Shown here piece after piece: positions 37,185 to 45,192 of a DNA stretch of 47,576 nucleotides. The translations under genes and the position numbers were made by a program. The stretch's first letter is position 1. Every line of letters starts with the position of its first letter. Source of the stretch: Bacillales bacterium UBA5455. GTDB taxonomy: Bacteria; Bacillota_I; Bacilli_A; RFN20; CAG-826. The stretch spans positions 1-47,576 of the forward strand of contig DIQT01000007.1 in NCBI GenBank assembly GCA_002427365.1. Direction: 5' to 3'. The notes beneath the pieces are model-generated. The model ran no database searches. It saw only the letters and a program-made list of their open reading frames with translations, and was not told where the DNA came from.

Positions 37185-39053
37185 ATGATTTATATTAATG
37201 CGCACGATATCGCGAAAGCGTTTGGAACTTCATATTTATTCGAACATCTTTCTTTTAAGGTGGATAGTAAAGATCGTCTGGCCTTAATTGGTGACAACGG
37301 CACTGGTAAGACGACCATTTTAAAAATTTTAATTGGTCATAGTGATATATCACGAAACGCGGATGGAAGTTTAGGAACAATCGCGACCGCAAAAAATTTA
37401 CAAATCGGTTATTTATCGCAAGATGTAATTTCTTCGCTCGAAAATACTTTGCTTGAAGAAGCAGAGTTAATTTTCACAAACTTAATTGAACAAGAAAAAG
37501 ACCTCGAAGCATTAACGTTACAACTTGCTCACGATCCACATAATAAAACATTAATTGATAGTTATGGGAGAAAGCAAGCTAGTTTTGAAGCGAAAGGTGG
37601 GTATGACTACCATTATAAAATAAAAACGATTTTAACAAAGTTTGGTTTTTCAATTGAAGAATGGAACCGGCCGATTAAAACGTTTTCGGGTGGTGAGCGG
37701 ACGAAAGTCGCTTTTATTAAACTTTTGTTAATGGAACCGGATTTATTAATTCTTGATGAACCAACCAACCACTTAGATGTGGAAACGATTGATTGGCTCG
37801 AAACGTATTTAAAAGCATATCAAGGCGCAATTTTATTTGTTACACACGACCGGTATTTTATTAATAATGTTGCCTCCCGGATTATTGAATTAGAAGATGG
37901 TCATTTAAATGAATATAACGGAAACTTTGATTTTTATTTAGAAGAAAAGAAACGCCGATATGAAGAACAACGGAAAGCATATAAAGTTCAACAACGGGAA
38001 ATTGAAAAGATGGAACGCTTTATTGCCTTTTTTAAACCAAAACCCCGATTTACCTCACGCGCGAAAGACCGCGAAAAGAAACTCGCGCGGATTGAGCGAA
38101 TTAAAGAACCAAAAAACCAAAAGCAAGCAATTAAATATCGCTTTCAAGGATCAATTAAAAACACCAAAGAACTAATCGCCTTAACAGATATTGTTGCTGG
38201 CTATGATGAGCCATTAATTAAACCATTATCAATTGATATATATTCGCATGATAAAATCGCAATTATGGGTGATAACGGGGTGGGAAAAACAACATTAATT
38301 AAAGTAATTGAAAAGTCACTTGCGCCAATTAGCGGTGTTGTAACCCATTATGGAAATTTAAAAATTGGTCATCTCGAACAAAACGACTTTGATTTGCCAG
38401 AGAATCTTACTTTATTTGATTATCTTCATGATGCCTTTCCTTATATGAATAATACGGAAATTAGAAATCACTTAGGCCAATTTGGCTTTCGCGGTGAAGA
38501 AGTGTTTAAACTTATTGGGGTAATTTCTGGTGGCGAAAAAATGCGTCTACTACTCGCACGTCTTGTCTTATTAAAGTTTGATGTTTTGTTATTAGATGAA
38601 CCAACCAACCACCTAGATATGTTAAGCCGCGAAGGATTAATCGAAGCGATGCAAGCATTTAATGCGACAATCATTTTTATTAGCCATGACCGTCACTTCA
38701 TTGATAGTGTTGCGACAAGAATTATTTATATCCAAAAACAAATCCCGACGGTTTTTGAAGGGAATTATGAAGAATATAAAGAAGTGATGGAAGTAGAAGT
38801 GATAAAAGAAGAAACAAAAGTTGTCGCAAGTAAAAATAAACAAACACCAATCTTTAAAGGTAAAAGTAAGAAGCGGTTAGAGTCAGAACTAGGGACCTTA
38901 GAAGAAAAAATCACCGCGAATAAAGAAGCCCAGTTACTTGATGAAAACCTTCGTGACTACCAAAAGTTTGCTGCGCTTGAACAGGAAGCAAAAGAACTCG
39001 AAGAACAATATTTACGTGTCATTGAAGAGTTAGATAAGTTTAATAACGATTAA
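37185..39053 (+). CDS. ABC-F family ribosome-associated ATPase with a C-terminal coiled coil (YdiF/Uup-like)
   Basis: Two NBDs: GDNGTGKT, FSGGE, LDEPTNHLD; GDNGVGKT, ISGGE, LDEPTNHLD. No TMs. Confidence 0.93.
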   Translation: MIYINAHDIAKAFGTSYLFEHLSFKVDSKDRLALIGDNGTGKTTILKILIGHSDISRNADGSLGTIATAKNLQIGYLSQDVISSLENTLLEEAELIFTNLIEQEKDLEALTLQLAHDPHNKTLIDSYGRKQASFEAKGGYDYHYKIKTILTKFGFSIEEWNRPIKTFSGGERTKVAFIKLLLMEPDLLILDEPTNHLDVETIDWLETYLKAYQGAILFVTHDRYFINNVASRIIELEDGHLNEYNGNFDFYLEEKKRRYEEQRKAYKVQQREIEKMERFIAFFKPKPRFTSRAKDREKKLARIERIKEPKNQKQAIKYRFQGSIKNTKELIALTDIVAGYDEPLIKPLSIDIYSHDKIAIMGDNGVGKTTLIKVIEKSLAPISGVVTHYGNLKIGHLEQNDFDLPENLTLFDYLHDAFPYMNNTEIRNHLGQFGFRGEEVFKLIGVISGGEKMRLLLARLVLLKFDVLLLDEPTNHLDMLSREGLIEAMQAFNATIIFISHDRHFIDSVATRIIYIQKQIPTVFEGNYEEYKEVMEVEVIKEETKVVASKNKQTPIFKGKSKKRLESELGTLEEKITANKEAQLLDENLRDYQKFAALEQEAKELEEQYLRVIEELDKFNND

Positions 39054-39129
39054 TTTAAAAATTACTTTTCTTTTAAAAGAGCTTTAAGCAAGCGATAATA
39101 TTACTAGATACTCGTAAGGAGAAAACGCT

Positions 39130-39849
39130 ATGGATAACAATCAAGACTTTTTACGCAACTATAAACGCCTCGAGGCTTTACTTGAAGAAAAATATAATTT
39201 AGATAGTGGAAGTAATAATTCATCGTCAATTATTCGCTACTACCATGAATTACGAAAATCTTATTCGGTCCGCGATAAACAACGGGCGGTTAAACTCGAT
39301 TCCTGTCGAACAATTCGAAACATGCTTTCGCATGAAGATGTATTAGACGCAATTACGGTAAGTGATGAATATATAATGTTTCTAAGTGACGAAATAAAAC
39401 GGATTGTTAATCCAATCACCGCCTTACAAGTTGCTGTTAAAATTGATAAAGCATTCACTTGTTCTTTAGATGATGAAGTCCGAAAAGTTATGGAGGTCAT
39501 GGTTAAACGCGGTTTTTCTCATGTCCCTGTAATCGATGAACAAGGTTATCTTATTGGTGTCTTTTCCCAAAAGATTGTTTTCCATCGGCTTTACGCGGAA
39601 GGTGATATTGGTAGTGATGAGAAGGCAATAATAAAAACATTTGAAAAGTATTTACCAATTAGCGCCCATATTAGTGAAAATTATGTGTTTGTTTCCGCGA
39701 ATGAAACGATTGATAAAATTACGCGCGTGTTTGAAGAAAGTCGGGGTCAAAAAAACAAAATCGGTTTAATCTTTGTAACAAAAGAAGGAAAACCAGCGGA
39801 AAAGATTCTAGGTTTTATTACACCATACGATTTAATCTATTATCATTAA
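39130..39849 (+). CDS. HEPN-like N-terminal domain fused to a CBS pair
   Basis: Helical N-terminus with LEALLEEK and RNMLSH (R63-H68). CBS motifs FSHVPVID..LIGVFS and ILGFITPYDL. AAGGAG RBS. Confidence 0.8.
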   Translation: MDNNQDFLRNYKRLEALLEEKYNLDSGSNNSSSIIRYYHELRKSYSVRDKQRAVKLDSCRTIRNMLSHEDVLDAITVSDEYIMFLSDEIKRIVNPITALQVAVKIDKAFTCSLDDEVRKVMEVMVKRGFSHVPVIDEQGYLIGVFSQKIVFHRLYAEGDIGSDEKAIIKTFEKYLPISAHISENYVFVSANETIDKITRVFEESRGQKNKIGLIFVTKEGKPAEKILGFITPYDLIYYH

Positions 39850-39898
39850 TAAACATTAAGAATGTTTTCTCATTTTACTTAAATTTATATGATAACGC

Positions 39899-39927
39899 TT
39901 GCATTTTATTTTAAATTCTATTATCAT
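39899..39927 (+). promoter_or_regulatory. Sigma-A promoter of the candidate ncRNA
   Basis: TTGCAT-17 nt-TATCAT. Confidence 0.65.
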
Positions 39928-39933
39928 AAAGCA

Positions 39934-40119
39934 GTTCTAAAAACTTTAACAAAAGTTCTTTAGAATTTTGGAAGTTATCGCAACAAGATGATAAAAAACA
40001 ATGGATCCCCCTTCCTATAATAAAAATCGTCTTGTTGTTACTTCCATAACATTATTTGTCCTTGACTATTGATGATTTTTAAAATAGAAATGAGTAGGAG
40101 CAATCTTACTCATTTTTTT
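39934..40119 (+). ncRNA. Candidate structured non-coding RNA, ~186 nt, unknown family
   Basis: Promoter in front, two long helices and a 12-bp GCAA-capped terminator with a U tract; no ORF with an RBS. Confidence 0.55.
40088..40119 (+). terminator. Rho-independent terminator
   Basis: AAATGAGTAGGA-GCAA-TCTTACTCATTT then TTTT. Confidence 0.85.
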
Positions 40120-40190
40120 ATGTAAAAAAGATTAATGAAAGTAACATTCATTTCCTAAATAAGGTAAAATGAATAGCGGTAGGTTTAGTA

Positions 40191-40601
40191 ATGGGAAATA
40201 AACGATTAATTAGCGAATTTTATGAATTAAGCTATAACCAAAAAGATTATGAAGCGGCGAGTGCATACTTAGCGCCAAGCTTTTTTGACCATTCCCCGGT
40301 TGCTTCTAAAAGTCGCGAAGAAACGCTTGCCGCAATTAAAGATGTTCATCATGCCTTTCCAGATTTAGAAGTTCGAATTCTCGATTTAGTGATGGAAGAT
40401 GACGTTGTTGTCGTACAAGCTTTTTTTAGTGGAACCCAAGCTGCGCCATATTTAGGCGTAGAAAATCACGGCAACAAAATTGAATTTTTTGCCTTAGAAA
40501 TGTATCGCTTTAATAAGATGGGAAAGATGATTGAATCGTGGGGCTATTGGCCGAACCAAGCAATTATTGAGCAATTAACAAGATTAGAGGAAGAAGAATG
40601 A
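40191..40601 (+). CDS. SnoaL-like ester cyclase / NTF2-fold protein
   Basis: FFDH, AFPDL, LVMEDDVV, FSGTQ..YLG and YRF...GKMIESW. Confidence 0.85.
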   Translation: MGNKRLISEFYELSYNQKDYEAASAYLAPSFFDHSPVASKSREETLAAIKDVHHAFPDLEVRILDLVMEDDVVVVQAFFSGTQAAPYLGVENHGNKIEFFALEMYRFNKMGKMIESWGYWPNQAIIEQLTRLEEEE

Positions 40602-40861
40602 AAGCATTAATTAGTTTATTAAAATCTTTAGTTATCGTAACGCTTTTATCTGGTGTTGCTGTTTTCTTTTATGGTTTATTAATGGCGGATAACCACCGTC
40701 TTACGCTAATTCTAATTGGTTTAGGACTCTTAGTGGTTATGGGGATTCTCCTTGTTGTTTTATATTTTGTTGGTAAGCGTCATGATAAGAACGAAGAACA
40801 TTTAGAAGCCGTTAATAATGAAAAAGATAATAATGAAGAAGAAAATATTCCGTTAGAATAA
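40598..40861 (+). CDS. Small two-TM membrane protein with an acidic tail
   Basis: ATGA overlap with the SnoaL gene, GAGGA RBS, two hydrophobic helices. Confidence 0.7.
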   Translation: MKALISLLKSLVIVTLLSGVAVFFYGLLMADNHRLTLILIGLGLLVVMGILLVVLYFVGKRHDKNEEHLEAVNNEKDNNEEENIPLE

Positions 40862-40921
40862 TTTAAAATAAATAATTAAAATTAAAATAATAAATAGACA
40901 TCATTTTGAATTGGAGCACGT

Positions 40922-42403
40922 ATGGAACAAGCACTCGACAACAACTTATATTTAAAATTACAAAACGAAAGCATTAAACAACGGGTTGCCCGCTTTGGGA
41001 ACAAGCTATATTTAGAATTTGGTGGTAAGTTATTTGACGACCGCCACGCAACACGTGTTTTTCCGGGCTTTCAAATCGACTCCAAAGTAAAAGTTTTGTT
41101 ATCGATGAAAAAAGACGTTGAATTTATTATTACAGTGTCCGCAGATGATATTCAAGATGGTAAAATTCGCAGTGATACCGGCTTAAGTTATGAAGATGAA
41201 ACATTACGGTTAATTGATGAAATTACAAATGTTGGTCTTACAATATGCGCGGTTGTCATTACCAAATATACCCATCAACCCGCGGTTAATGTGTTCCGCC
41301 GGTTATTAAAATCATTTAAAATTCCAACATATATTCATCAACCAATTAAAGGATATCCTCATGATATCGATTATGTTTTATCTAACGAAGGCTTTGGCCA
41401 AAATGAATATGTTAAAACGTCACGTCCAATTGTTGTTGTTACTGCGCCTGGTCCTGGATCAGGAAAAATGGCGACATGCCTATCGCAAATCTATTTAGAT
41501 GATAAACGGGGAATTAAATCAGGTTACGCAAAATATGAAACATTTCCCGTGTGGAATTTGCCATTAAAGCACCCCATTAATTTAGCGTATGAAGCCGCGA
41601 CCGCGGATTTAAATGATGTAACAATGGTGGATTACTACCACTATGAAAAGTATCAAGTTGCCGCTGTTTCGTATAACCGCGATATGGAAGTGTTTCCAAT
41701 TCTAGCAAAAATGTTTGAACGGATTTATGGAGAATCACCATATTATTCACCCACGGATATGGGTGTAAATATGATTGGGTTAGCAATTTCGAATAATGAT
41801 TCAGCGGTTCAAGCCGCAAAAGATGAAATTATTCGCCGCTATTACCAAGCATTATGGAAAAATAAAACGGGTCGCTTAAGCGATGAAGGCTTAGAGCGAA
41901 TTCATTATATTGTGAAAAGTTTAAATCTTGATCCGCAAGTTGATCGGATTCCTGTTTTACCGGCGCTTAAAAAAGCGGAAGAAAAGAATGCCCCCGCTGT
42001 TGCAATTTTATTAAACGATGGAACGCTTGTTACTGGTAAAGAAAGCGCCCGCTTTACCGCGGGAGCGGCTGCCCTAATTAACGCGCTAAAATATTTAGCG
42101 AGCATTAATAAAAAACTTCATTTACTCGCGCCAAAGTTAATTGAAACGATTCAAAACCTTAAAAAAGAAAACATGCGTTCGCAATCATTACGACTATCAG
42201 TGAACGAAGTATTAATTACGCTAGCGATTACCGCAACAACCAACTCATTTAGTGAAGTGGCTTTAAATCAAACCGAATTTCTTGCTCACGCCCAAGCGCA
42301 TTCAAGCATCAGAATGAATAGTGAAGATAAACAAGCATATAAAGAATTAGGCATTGACGTTACAAGCGAACCGGTGCAAACAAGTTATTTTCTTAAAGAA
42401 TAA
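40922..42403 (+). CDS. DUF1846 (UPF0371) family protein
   Basis: KLYLEFGGKLFDD.HA.RV.PGF, TAPGPGSGKMATC, KYETFPVWNLPL.HP.NLAYEAATADL and SPTDMGVN. Confidence 0.88.
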   Translation: MEQALDNNLYLKLQNESIKQRVARFGNKLYLEFGGKLFDDRHATRVFPGFQIDSKVKVLLSMKKDVEFIITVSADDIQDGKIRSDTGLSYEDETLRLIDEITNVGLTICAVVITKYTHQPAVNVFRRLLKSFKIPTYIHQPIKGYPHDIDYVLSNEGFGQNEYVKTSRPIVVVTAPGPGSGKMATCLSQIYLDDKRGIKSGYAKYETFPVWNLPLKHPINLAYEAATADLNDVTMVDYYHYEKYQVAAVSYNRDMEVFPILAKMFERIYGESPYYSPTDMGVNMIGLAISNNDSAVQAAKDEIIRRYYQALWKNKTGRLSDEGLERIHYIVKSLNLDPQVDRIPVLPALKKAEEKNAPAVAILLNDGTLVTGKESARFTAGAAALINALKYLASINKKLHLLAPKLIETIQNLKKENMRSQSLRLSVNEVLITLAITATTNSFSEVALNQTEFLAHAQAHSSIRMNSEDKQAYKELGIDVTSEPVQTSYFLKE

Positions 42404-42456
42404 TTAATTTTCATAAAAAATACCGACCACAAATGTTATGGTATAATAAATTTAGT

Positions 42457-42981
42457 ATGGGAAAAAATATCTTTATATTATTAACGTTTGATGATGAAAC
42501 AACAAAACGCTTACAAGCTTTTAAAGAAGAATTGTACGCTTTTGATGTACATTTTGATTATAATCATCCCCATATCACGATTGCTAATTATCCAGGCATT
42601 AATACGGTTACGATAAAAAAGTACGCCGAGCACTTTTTTAAGAAAATCAAACCATTTCCAATTATATTAGCAAAACTCGCCTTAATTGATAAACATTTGC
42701 TTGTAATTGAACCAATTGATAACTCGCGACTAAATGAAATTCATCACACATTTCATGAAGCATATGATGAATATTCGACAATTTATACAACGATGAAAGA
42801 CGGAAAATATATGCCGCATATTACGCTTCATTATGATTTAGAACGGGATTTAAAACCGATTTTTGAAGAACTTGCGCCGAAATTTGTTAGTTTTACTGGT
42901 TTTATTACGGGTGTTGAAGTAAGTCAAATTAATGATAACGGCTTTAAAATCTTACGAAGAATCTTGTTAAAGGGTGCATAA
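42457..42981 (+). CDS. 2H phosphoesterase (2'-5' RNA ligase-like) family protein (start 42457)
   Basis: Two HxT motifs: HPHITIA and MPHITLH. Confidence 0.82.
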   Translation: MGKNIFILLTFDDETTKRLQAFKEELYAFDVHFDYNHPHITIANYPGINTVTIKKYAEHFFKKIKPFPIILAKLALIDKHLLVIEPIDNSRLNEIHHTFHEAYDEYSTIYTTMKDGKYMPHITLHYDLERDLKPIFEELAPKFVSFTGFITGVEVSQINDNGFKILRRILLKGA

Positions 42982-43170
42982 AAAATCGATTTTGTGCAAT
43001 GAATTTCAAAAAATAACAAGCTATAATTAAAGTAGGTATGATACTAACAATAGAATCATTACTCAAATGTCAAAATTAGGGTTGATTTACAAGATAACGA
43101 TATATAAAAAATAGTGTTATTAAGAAAAACGCCGCAACTTTGACATTGAAAATGGGAGTTGAGGTACTTT

Positions 43171-44313
43171 ATGATTATAACTATTGTTGCTGATGTTTTG
43201 GGTGATGAAAATAATGGCACGACAATCGCGGCCTATAATTTAATTAGAGCGCTTCGTAAACGGGGACATCAAGTCCGTATCCTTTGTTGTGATCAAGATA
43301 AAATTGGCATGGAAGATTATTATGTTGTTCCAACATATAATTTTGGAAAAGTAATTAATAATTATATTCTAAAAAACGGTGTACAACTTGCTAAACCGGA
43401 TAAGAAAGTAATTGCGGCGGCTTTTGATGGATGTGATCATGTTCATGCTATGGTGCCGTTATCATTAGGGAAAGCCGGCGTGAAAGAAGCACGAAAACGG
43501 GGCTTATCCGTAACAGCGGGCTTTCATATGCAAGCCGAAAATCTTTCTTCACACCTTTTCTTAAAAAACGATCCGTTATTTAACTGGATTGTTTATAAAG
43601 TAATGCACAATAGTTTTTATAAACATGTCCACGCAGTTCATTATCCGACCGAATTTGTTCATCAACTTCATTTAAAATACGCCAAAGAAACAAATGCGTA
43701 CGTTATTAGTAATGGAGTAAATCTCGCTTTCCAAAATAATGCGAAAAAGGATAAACCAAAACAATTTGAAGATAAATATCTTATTTTAAATACAAGCCGG
43801 TATAGTGATGAAAAATGTCAAAAAGTTTTATTACGCGCGGTTAAAAAATCGAAACATGAAAAAGATATTCAAGTCGTCTTAGCGGGCGCGGGCCCATTAG
43901 AAAAGAAGTATCGGCGGATTGGTAAGAAACTTACGAACAAACCGATTTTAAACTTTTTTACTCGTGAACAAATGATTGAAATTATACAAGAAGCTGACCT
44001 ATATGTTCACCCAGCGGATATTGAAGCGGAATCAATTGCGACTTTAGAAGCCATCGCCGGTGGCCTTGTTCCCGTTATTAGTAATTCAAAACGGTCTGCG
44101 GCCCGATATTTTGCTTTAACTGAAGAAAATACTTTTAAAAACAACTCCCCCAAAAAACTTGCGGAACGAATTGATTATTGGCTCGAAAATCCTGACAAAT
44201 TACAAGAAAACAAAGAAAAATACGTTGGTTTTACCGACCAATTTGCTTTTGAAACATGTATGGACAGAATGGAGATGATGATAATTGAAACGCACGAAAA
44301 ATTCAGAAGTTAA
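43171..44313 (+). CDS. Glycosyltransferase family 4 (GT-B), possible glycolipid synthase (start 43171 behind GAGGT)
   Basis: NGTT, GFHMQAEN, ISNGV, SRYSDEK and LYVHPADIEAESIATLEAIAGG. Confidence 0.88.
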   Translation: MIITIVADVLGDENNGTTIAAYNLIRALRKRGHQVRILCCDQDKIGMEDYYVVPTYNFGKVINNYILKNGVQLAKPDKKVIAAAFDGCDHVHAMVPLSLGKAGVKEARKRGLSVTAGFHMQAENLSSHLFLKNDPLFNWIVYKVMHNSFYKHVHAVHYPTEFVHQLHLKYAKETNAYVISNGVNLAFQNNAKKDKPKQFEDKYLILNTSRYSDEKCQKVLLRAVKKSKHEKDIQVVLAGAGPLEKKYRRIGKKLTNKPILNFFTREQMIEIIQEADLYVHPADIEAESIATLEAIAGGLVPVISNSKRSAARYFALTEENTFKNNSPKKLAERIDYWLENPDKLQENKEKYVGFTDQFAFETCMDRMEMMIIETHEKFRS

Positions 44314-45151
44314 GTTTCGTCCATATCAAACAATATTTTATAACGACCCGTTAAATGATGATTTTGCCAGCAATAATATTGTGACAAAACCATTACGGGC
44401 GAATTTTAAATATGATAATAAAAATATTTTTTATCGGATTGGTTCCTGGTGTTTATACTTTTTAGTTGCGATACCAATTTTAAATACATATAACTTCTTT
44501 AAACGACATAAAGTAGAAAACCGTAAAGTCATTCGCAAACTAAAAAAGCAAGGTTTTGTCGTATATATGAACCATGTAACTGACCTTGACCCGTTATACT
44601 TAATGGGGTTTATTCTTGGCTATCATCACCGCCGGGCTTACGTTATCGCGGGCCTTGATGCTTTTTCAATTAAAGGTGTATCGTGGATTGTTAAAGGTTT
44701 AGGCGGCTTACCTGTTCCAGAAAATTATCAAAACGCAAAAGATTTAAAACATAAAATCAAAGATGTGTTAGAAGATAAAAACCAAGTTCTTTGTGTTTAT
44801 CCTGAAGAACATATTTGGCCGTACTTTACGGGAATTAGACCGTTTAAAGCAACGTCATTTCGTTATCCTGTTGATCATAATGTACCCGCAGTCCCAATTG
44901 TTACCGTTTTTGCGTCGCGGAAGAAGTGGAATAAAAAACCAAAACCACGCTTTATAATTTGTGAACCAATTTATCCAGATATGAGTATTGAAAATCGGAG
45001 CGAACGAAGTCAAAAACTTCGTGATGATGTTTATAACCAAATGGTAAAAGTTTCTTCCTCTTACCCAAATGATGAATATATTAGATATATTAAACGGACA
45101 ACACCAAAAGCTAAACAAACCGATGCGTTAATAAAAGATTCGCAACAATAA
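44285..45151 (+). CDS. PlsC-like 1-acyl-glycerophosphate acyltransferase family
   Basis: NHVTDLD, VYPEEH and FKATSF; TTG start overlapping the GT4 stop by 29 nt. Confidence 0.85.
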   Translation: MKRTKNSEVKFRPYQTIFYNDPLNDDFASNNIVTKPLRANFKYDNKNIFYRIGSWCLYFLVAIPILNTYNFFKRHKVENRKVIRKLKKQGFVVYMNHVTDLDPLYLMGFILGYHHRRAYVIAGLDAFSIKGVSWIVKGLGGLPVPENYQNAKDLKHKIKDVLEDKNQVLCVYPEEHIWPYFTGIRPFKATSFRYPVDHNVPAVPIVTVFASRKKWNKKPKPRFIICEPIYPDMSIENRSERSQKLRDDVYNQMVKVSSSYPNDEYIRYIKRTTPKAKQTDALIKDSQQ

Positions 45152-45192
45152 CCTAAACATAAAATGTGGTAAAATATAAGTGGTACAGAGCA

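Noticed and set aside
37185-39053. Antibiotic-resistance (ARE) ABC-F
   Set aside because: The interdomain linker looks short, there is no attenuator or leader peptide, and the C-terminal coiled coil fits housekeeping YdiF/Uup-like proteins. Subfamily HMMs would be needed to settle it.
39934-39966. GTT-starting hairpin resembling a CRISPR repeat or tracrRNA anti-repeat
   Set aside because: No repeated units, spacers or cas genes anywhere in the window.
39988-40072. Mini-ORFs inside the candidate ncRNA (MIKNNGSPFL; MDPPSYNKNRLVVTSITLFVLDY; minus-strand MFFIILLR behind GGAAGGGGG)
   Set aside because: The plus-strand ORFs have no SD and start within the long hairpin 2; the minus-strand one is 8 codons with no promoter. 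A type I toxin peptide is not supported, although ribosome profiling would be decisive.
43140-43145. Perfect TTGACA -35 elements on both strands (43140-43145 plus; 43068-43073 minus)
   Set aside because: Neither has a credible -10 at 16-18 nt; they are better explained as the two arms of the leader helix.
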